The translations under genes and the position numbers were made by a program. From the NCBI GenBank assembly GCA_963667845.2, contig CAXXVL010000001.1, positions 352,001 to 416,000 on the forward strand: a DNA stretch of 64,000 nt, read 5' to 3'. The notes below the pieces were generated by a model. It did no database searches. It was not told where the DNA came from and saw only the letters and a list, made by a program, of their open reading frames with translations. Shown here piece after piece: positions 57,684 to 64,000 of the stretch (position 1 is its first letter; each line of letters begins with the position of its first letter). This DNA comes from Smithellaceae bacterium (GTDB taxonomy: Bacteria; Desulfobacterota; Syntrophia; Syntrophales; Smithellaceae).

Positions 57684-58091
57684 ATGATGATGAGCCGGCT
57701 GAAGACAATTGTTGTATTGATGGTTTTGCATATTCTCCTGTCGAGCAGTCTGATCGTTGCTGACGCAGACGCCGATAACGTCGTTTATATCAACAACGCA
57801 ACTGCTTTCACCCTTACTGTCAGCGCGAAATGCATTGAATGCGGAATTTTCGGATGGGGGAACGAGAATGACTGCTGGGACGCAAACCCTGTAAGCAAAA
57901 CCCTGGATTCCCTTAAAGCAGGGTCTGTAAACTGTTTGCCGGTCACCGGACACAAATTCTTCGTCAAAGAAGTGACCATCACGAGCACGGTAAACAAGAG
58001 TTGTACTTTCCAACCACCCGCGAATTCAGACAGTACGTGGTATGTAACATTATCGCTCGACAAATCTTATTTCAGTTGTACGAGGCAGTAA
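57684..58091 (+). CDS. Hypothetical small secreted Cys-rich protein
   Basis: AAGGAGG RBS; hydrophobic signal peptide; six Cys in a ~105 aa beta-rich mature part; no family recognised. Confidence 0.65.
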   Translation: MMMSRLKTIVVLMVLHILLSSSLIVADADADNVVYINNATAFTLTVSAKCIECGIFGWGNENDCWDANPVSKTLDSLKAGSVNCLPVTGHKFFVKEVTITSTVNKSCTFQPPANSDSTWYVTLSLDKSYFSCTRQ

Positions 58092-58195
58092 GAAAAATTG
58101 TACCTGGCTCCTTTTTGCACTGCATTTTATCATCTCTCCGGCAGGAGACGAAGACACTTTAGAAAAGGAAGAATAACAGGAAAGGGAAATTAAAG

Positions 58196-59716
58196 ATGGC
58201 TTCCGAAAACATTCCCGTGATTATCGGTGCAGGCCAGGTGACAAAGAAGGAGGCGTCACGTGTGATCGACGGCTCGCCTGTGGATCTGATGGCCGAGGCC
58301 GTCGTGGTTGCGGCACAGGACGGCGGTTTGACAAGGCAGTGCCTTCAAAAAGCCGACCTGCTTATCACCACTTCGCTTTTTTCGGATGACGGTATTATCA
58401 ACCCTCCGGGATGCGTGGTCGATAAACTTGATCTCTCCGATGCACAATGTATGGTTTCCGGATTTGGCGGCATCATGCCGCACGCCATGCTGCATCATGC
58501 CATGAAAGCGGTCGCCGAAAACAAAGCCGGTCTGGTTCTCCTGACCGGAGCCGAAGCTCAGCACACCATGCAGCAGGCGAAAAATTCCCGGACATTTACC
58601 GGCTGGAAGGTAACATCTCAGCGCCCCTGCCTTGCGCCGCTGACTTCCCGGGGAGCGTTTGACGGAGCCTGCGAAACAGAACACATCCACGGTCTTTCGC
58701 TTCCCGCGACTGTCTATCCCATGTTTGAAAACGCGCTGCGCCGGCGGTATGGACGCACGATTACGGAACATACCCGCAAGCTGGGCGAGCTGATGAGCCG
58801 TTTTTCACACGTGGCGGCAAACAACCCGCTAGCCTGGTTTCGCGAACCGCTTACGCCCGAGGAAATCATTACCGTTTCCGATGCCAACCGCAACACCGCA
58901 TTTCCTTATACCAAGCGGATGAATGCCATGCTTGGGGTCGACCAGGCCGCCGCCCTCATTGTTACATCGGAGGCGCAGGCCCGGAAGATGGGTATTGACC
59001 CGGCAAAGTGGGTGTATCTGCATGGCTATGCCGAGGCCAGCGATCACTGGTATATCCTGGAAAGAGAGGCCTACGGTTTTTCCCCGGCCATTGATATCGT
59101 CGGCCGAACTGCCCTCGCGCAGGCCGGCGTGACCATCGCAGACATCGATTTCTTCGATCTGTACAGCTGCTTTCCCGTTGCCGTGCAGGTGACCCGCGAC
59201 ATGCTGGGCATTGCCGAAAACGATAATAGGCCGCTGACTATTACCGGAGGACTTCCCTATTTCGGCGGACCGGGAAATGACTACGTCATGCACTCCATGG
59301 CGCAAATGGTTGAGCTTCTGCGTCAACATCCCGGGAAGACCGGCCTTGTCACCGGTAATTCTTTTTACATGACCAAGCACTCGGCGGCCGTGTGCTCTAC
59401 CACGCCCCCAAAAGACAATGCGGCGGCTACAGCCGATGTAAGCGTTTGCCAGAAAGCCGTTGACCTGCGGCCCAAACATCAGATTGATCCCAGGCCCGAT
59501 GGGCGGGGTACAGTGGAGACCTATACCGTGATTTACGACCGGAACAATTTGCCGGGTAAAGGCGTTGTCATCGGAAAAGAAGAAAATGGAAAACGTTTCG
59601 CGGCATTCACGCCGCCCGACCCATCTCTGTTTTCAGCAATGGTTACAGAAGACTTTTGCGGCACGACAGGGACGGTCGTATCCAAAGACAACGTCAACAC
59701 CTTCACCCCCGATTGA
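58196..59716 (+). CDS. Thiolase-like protein (acetyl-CoA acetyltransferase-like) with an extra C-terminal domain
   Basis: PVIIGAGQ, FPYTKRMNA, VDQAAA, DLYSCFPVAV, LTITGGLPYFGGPGN, VETYTVIY. Confidence 0.85.
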   Translation: MASENIPVIIGAGQVTKKEASRVIDGSPVDLMAEAVVVAAQDGGLTRQCLQKADLLITTSLFSDDGIINPPGCVVDKLDLSDAQCMVSGFGGIMPHAMLHHAMKAVAENKAGLVLLTGAEAQHTMQQAKNSRTFTGWKVTSQRPCLAPLTSRGAFDGACETEHIHGLSLPATVYPMFENALRRRYGRTITEHTRKLGELMSRFSHVAANNPLAWFREPLTPEEIITVSDANRNTAFPYTKRMNAMLGVDQAAALIVTSEAQARKMGIDPAKWVYLHGYAEASDHWYILEREAYGFSPAIDIVGRTALAQAGVTIADIDFFDLYSCFPVAVQVTRDMLGIAENDNRPLTITGGLPYFGGPGNDYVMHSMAQMVELLRQHPGKTGLVTGNSFYMTKHSAAVCSTTPPKDNAAATADVSVCQKAVDLRPKHQIDPRPDGRGTVETYTVIYDRNNLPGKGVVIGKEENGKRFAAFTPPDPSLFSAMVTEDFCGTTGTVVSKDNVNTFTPD

Positions 59717-59841
59717 ATAGGGTGACACTAGCGTTAGGGAGCAGTAGGGATGTCCGCTGGTTCCCTTATCCTGTTTGGCGCTTACAACGCCGCGGGACTG
59801 CGGTCAGCCAGCATGCCCGCGAATCAAAATTGGATGCGTTT

Positions 59842-60654
59842 CTATTTTTTTGTCCGTACAAATTTTTCGATTTGTTGAGAAAACCATTCTGGCTTTTCAA
59901 TCATCGGCGCGTGTCCGCACTGAGGAATCGTTTCCAGCACAGTATCAGAAATATTTGCCTGGAATGCTTTCGCGACATCCAACGGAGTGATCCGATCTTC
60001 TTCCCCCCAGAGCAGCAACGTCGGTACTTTTAAGCCGGATAATTCATTTTTCAGATTGTCCTCTTTAACACTTCGCGCGGCATAAATCGTATTCAATACG
60101 GCCCGTTTATCCCTGCTGAATTTCACAATTTCCTCAACCATCTCATTCGTAATAAACGAGGGATCATAAAAGACAGAAACAATATTTTTTCTAATGTCTT
60201 TACGCGTTGGATTGGTGGGAATAATTTCGGTTATACCGGACGGCGCAGACAATATTAATCCGGAAATCAGTTCCGATCTCGCAAGACACAAACGCAAGGC
60301 CACGTGCCCGCCAAGAGAATTACCGCATAAAAAAACGCGGTCCAATTCACGGCTTCTAATGAAATATTCCGTCCATAAAGCCAATGCTTTAACGCTGACG
60401 GCATCCCTCTCTCCTATAAATATTGGAAATGAAATAGATATCGGACGCGCAAAACGGGCCAGTGAATCAAAAACGCCCGCCCAATTAGAGGATGCGCCAA
60501 GCAAACCGTGCAACAACAAAATGTAGGGGCCCTGATGACCGCCTTCTTTGACTTCAATAAACGGAACGCGCTCTTCTTTGATCCATTGCGGCGGTTCCGA
60601 AATCATCCATTTGGCTGACTCTTGAAGTTTTATGATAATATCATGATGAAGCAT
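59842..60654 (-). CDS. Alpha/beta hydrolase
   Basis: LLHGL, GNSLGG, LLWGEED, CGHAPMIE. Confidence 0.88.
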   Translation of the reverse strand: MLHHDIIIKLQESAKWMISEPPQWIKEERVPFIEVKEGGHQGPYILLLHGLLGASSNWAGVFDSLARFARPISISFPIFIGERDAVSVKALALWTEYFIRSRELDRVFLCGNSLGGHVALRLCLARSELISGLILSAPSGITEIIPTNPTRKDIRKNIVSVFYDPSFITNEMVEEIVKFSRDKRAVLNTIYAARSVKEDNLKNELSGLKVPTLLLWGEEDRITPLDVAKAFQANISDTVLETIPQCGHAPMIEKPEWFSQQIEKFVRTKK

Positions 60655-61118
60655 GCATCAGGACGCTTTCTGTATAACATCAAATGAACCATCGGTTTTA
60701 AAAGTCATGCGCGGTTTATGGAAGCCGCGTTCGGGGCTCCTGTTTCTCTCCGGCGCGTGCAAGACAATAAATTTTTCGCGGGCCTGTTGCGGACTTCCCG
60801 GCACAAAACCTTCGGCCGATTTGTGCCGAAGCATTTTCGTGGGTTGTGCCCGCAGACGCAAGGCTTGTATCCTTTATGTTAAAGGTATGTCAAGTGACAC
60901 ATTTTGACCTTGCCCTCTTTTCTAAAAAGGGGAGAGGTGTCTCTGAAACATAGCGGGCGGTTCTCTTTGATCGGGATAAATTAACAATACGGAGTAAAGT
61001 TCAAAAATAAAACGAAAAAAAATAGAGTCATTCCCTTTTTCCTGAGGCGTGCAATTTTCTATTTCCTGAATTTGTGCTAGGCTGCAAAAAAATAAATATG
61101 AATTGAGCGGAATATTTT

Positions 61119-61673
61119 ATGCCAAATAATACAGACAGAATTCCGGGCCTGGCCGAATGCGAAGAACTCATGGCCCGATATGCCATGCTGCCCAATATCG
61201 TCGAACATTCCTTTCAGGTGATGCGCGTCGCGCTGGCCATTACCGACAATCTCGTAGACGGTGTTTCCATTAATCGCGACATGGTCATTGCCGGGGCGCT
61301 GCTTCACGATATTACCAAAACCCGGTCGCTGCAAACAAAAGAAAGGCACGCGGCATCGGGCGGCGCTCTTTTGCGCGAACTGGGATTTCCTCTGATTGCC
61401 GAGATTGTTGAGCAGCATGTCGTTATCGACCTGAATCCGGCAGGGCCGATCGTTGAAAAAGAAATCGTTTATTACGCCGACAAGCGGGTGATGCACGACA
61501 AAATAGTGACCTTCGAAGAAAGGGTCCAGGATTTATTAATCCGCTACGGAAAAACGAATGAGATATACAATCTGATTCTGCAAAACCTGCAGCACGTCAC
61601 ATCGGTTGAACAAAAGCTTAACAGTTTTATGAAAATCGACATCCATGATGCGATAAGGAAAATAACCGGATAG
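61119..61673 (+). CDS. HD-domain metal-dependent phosphohydrolase
   Basis: EHS, GALLHDITK, YYADK. Confidence 0.88.
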   Translation: MPNNTDRIPGLAECEELMARYAMLPNIVEHSFQVMRVALAITDNLVDGVSINRDMVIAGALLHDITKTRSLQTKERHAASGGALLRELGFPLIAEIVEQHVVIDLNPAGPIVEKEIVYYADKRVMHDKIVTFEERVQDLLIRYGKTNEIYNLILQNLQHVTSVEQKLNSFMKIDIHDAIRKITG

Positions 61674-61766
61674 TCTCCGCAAAAGTTAAAAAGTTGGCAG
61701 CCTCTGTTTTTTGAATGAATCTGAATTGATATTTTGAAGTCCCTATCGTCGCACTAAGGAGATGGC

Positions 61767-62765
61767 ATGGCAAAGATTAATACGGTACTCGGTCAAATTT
61801 TACCTGGTGAGCTTGGAAAGACTTTGGTCCATGAGCATTGCGTTATTGGATTTTCAGGATGGGAGTGCGATCCCTTGCCGGGAGGTCCCAGTCGGGCGGA
61901 AATGATCGAAAAATGTATACAGGCGCTGCTGCCGGCACGGGATCTGGGTCTGCAGTCGATTATCGAAGCAACACCGCCTGATCTGGGTCGGGATGTCGAG
62001 ATCCTGAAGGCTGTCTCGGAGAGCACAGGGGTCCACATCATATGCTCAACGGGCCGATATACCGAAGAGTACGGCAAGTGGGCCTACCTGAAGCAAAGAG
62101 ACAGGCTCGGGGCGTGCGACCTGCAATCCGAGCTCTATGATGCTTTCATGTACGAAATTACAGTCGGAATCGGGCAGTCCGAAGTGCGGGCGGGGGCGAT
62201 CAAGGTGGCTACTTCCCTGAACAGAATGGCCCCCTGCGAGGAAGCGGTCCTGGCTGCCGCAGCGCGGGCCTCAAAGGAAACGAGTGTTCCCATTATCACG
62301 CATACGGAAGGCGGCACATTAGGGCCCGAACAGGCAAAGTTTCTTCTGGCTGAGGGTGTAGCCCCGGGACGCATCATGATCGGCCATATGTGCGATAACC
62401 TCGGGAGCGATTATCAGGGGGATCAGAAGGAAGTCATGCAGACCGGATCCAGCATGGCTTACTATCGCTTCGGGCTCGAGGTTTACGTCAAAGATGACAA
62501 GCGGGTCGAAGCCCTAGCCGCGCTTATTGGCGAGGGATATGCCGAAAAAATTATGATCTCTCACGATTATGTCGGCGCGTCTCAGGGGAGGGGCGGGATG
62601 TGGCCGAATCGCCTTCCTGCGCAAATAGAATCGCTGGTGCCGAACTGGTCCTACACCAACATCTTTCGGCGAATCCTACCTGCTCTGAAAGAAGCCGGCG
62701 TCACCGATCAGCAAATCCATACTTTGATGGTTGAAAATCCCCGGCGGCTCTTGGGATCAAGTTGA
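61767..62765 (+). CDS. Phosphotriesterase-family (PTE/PHP) metallohydrolase/lactonase
   Basis: INTVLG, TLVHEH, IKVAT, ITHT, IGH, ISHD, VENPRR. Confidence 0.9.
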   Translation: MAKINTVLGQILPGELGKTLVHEHCVIGFSGWECDPLPGGPSRAEMIEKCIQALLPARDLGLQSIIEATPPDLGRDVEILKAVSESTGVHIICSTGRYTEEYGKWAYLKQRDRLGACDLQSELYDAFMYEITVGIGQSEVRAGAIKVATSLNRMAPCEEAVLAAAARASKETSVPIITHTEGGTLGPEQAKFLLAEGVAPGRIMIGHMCDNLGSDYQGDQKEVMQTGSSMAYYRFGLEVYVKDDKRVEALAALIGEGYAEKIMISHDYVGASQGRGGMWPNRLPAQIESLVPNWSYTNIFRRILPALKEAGVTDQQIHTLMVENPRRLLGSS

Positions 62766-62788
62766 TATTGTATTTGTGAAAATTGTCT

Positions 62789-63940
62789 TTATCTATTGAT
62801 TAAATCCATGCTGAAGATTTCCTCATTCTCCTGATTTCTTACCGTCAATTTCGCACTGTTGCCGTTGATGAACACGTCCGCAAAACCATACTGACCGGCC
62901 CTGTACCAGATGCTGGCCGGGGATATGTAATTCCTTCCTTCATCAAGGCTGCCGCCGAAAGAGCCCATGACGGCGTAAGTCACTCCGTTCTTCTGCAGTA
63001 CTTCCGTGTGATGCATATGACCGGATAAAACCAGATCGACCCCGTGTTTTTCGAAAAGCGGACACAGCAATGGTATTAAACGGCTGTTGTCATACCAATC
63101 CCATCCGTCTTTATTCCTTCCCGAGCAATAATAAAACGTGTGGCTCATGACGATGCACCAGTCTTTTCGGGGTATGTCCGCAAGCTGCTTTTGCAGCCAG
63201 GCTGCCTGTTCCTTGGTGTAGGTTTGCGCCACCCATTCAATATCAAGGATGAGAAAATGAATATTGCCAATGTCTATTCTTCGCCACATATTTCCTTCAG
63301 GGTCGGTGAGAGAGTATCGTTTATAGAATTCAGCCCCGCCAAAAATCGTATCGTGATTTCCCGGAATATAGCATGTCGGCATGGCCCTGTTTAAAGATTC
63401 CATGTCCTTAGAGGCTTTGACCCACAAGCTGTAATCAAAGCCGAGGTCAACAAGATCGCCGAGCAAGAAAAACGCATCGTATGGATCGCGCCTGATGTGG
63501 TCGAGCATTTTCAAAGTGAGGTCGGTCCTGCTTTGCGCGTTTCCAATATGCGCGTCACCGGCTGCGGCAAAACGAAAGGTCTTCGGCTGTTGACTGCTTT
63601 TTAAAAAAATGGCAGGGGATACGGCGCCGTGGCGGATATATTTCGGAAGCAAAACATTCGATGCGAAATACAGGGAAACGGCCACGGTCAGAAAAGATAT
63701 GATCAGGGTTATTTTCGATGTCGGGGTTTTCCGAAGTTTGTCTACGATGAATGATGAGGCAGTGAATATAACCAGCGCGAGAAGCGCCAACATTTTGATA
63801 AGGGTATTGGTATATAATGTGATGTCCTCCAGCGCGCCGTGTCCGGAAAACATATAGAGAATCAACAAAACGGGTAAGGCGAGGGCCAAATATACGACAG
63901 CCTGCAATATCTTTGATAGGAAGTTTCCGGAGCTGCTCAT
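62789..63940 (-). CDS. Membrane-anchored calcineurin-like metallophosphoesterase
   Basis: Three N-terminal hydrophobic segments; GDAH, GDLVD, GNHD, SH, GHMH motifs. Confidence 0.88.
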   Translation of the reverse strand: MSSSGNFLSKILQAVVYLALALPVLLILYMFSGHGALEDITLYTNTLIKMLALLALVIFTASSFIVDKLRKTPTSKITLIISFLTVAVSLYFASNVLLPKYIRHGAVSPAIFLKSSQQPKTFRFAAAGDAHIGNAQSRTDLTLKMLDHIRRDPYDAFFLLGDLVDLGFDYSLWVKASKDMESLNRAMPTCYIPGNHDTIFGGAEFYKRYSLTDPEGNMWRRIDIGNIHFLILDIEWVAQTYTKEQAAWLQKQLADIPRKDWCIVMSHTFYYCSGRNKDGWDWYDNSRLIPLLCPLFEKHGVDLVLSGHMHHTEVLQKNGVTYAVMGSFGGSLDEGRNYISPASIWYRAGQYGFADVFINGNSAKLTVRNQENEEIFSMDLINR

Positions 63941-64000
63941 TCTTTATCTCCTGCGACCTGCGGATTATGATTGAATCGCCTCAGCAAGAAAATGAAAGTA

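Noticed and set aside
60655..60900. Structured region upstream of the minus-strand hydrolase, as a possible ncRNA or riboswitch
   Set aside because: Only generic hairpins; no family signature recognised
1..64000. CRISPR arrays, tRNA/rRNA genes, integrases, transposases, phage or defence genes
   Set aside because: No regularly spaced repeats, cloverleaf sequences or matching protein motifs were seen by eye

Overview
A gene-dense 64 kb bacterial window devoted to uptake and CoA-dependent catabolism of organic acids. The gene content suggests an anaerobic Syntrophales/Deltaproteobacteria-like organism (inference). It encodes six intact AMP-forming acyl-CoA ligases, two acyl-CoA dehydrogenases, two crotonases, two divergent AbfD/HpaB-family enzymes, an OYE-type flavoenzyme, an SDR, a Zn-ADH, a carboxyltransferase, a family III CoA-transferase, a thiolase-like protein and a MaoC protein. 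There are eight LivJ/K-type binding proteins but only one LivHMGF transporter; five of them form a close ~490 aa paralog family with an N-terminal extension and a conserved Cys pair. Three regulators (sigma54 activator, double-TetR, PAS-LuxR) each have a readable candidate binding site, and htpG has a heat-shock-type promoter. Signs of local rearrangement are abundant: two cargo blocks each flanked by a direct repeat of a gene 3' end, a decayed ech-VOC-cupin copy, and several chimeric or truncated relics. No integrase, transposase, rRNA, tRNA or CRISPR array was seen. All calls come from reading motifs by eye; no database search was run.
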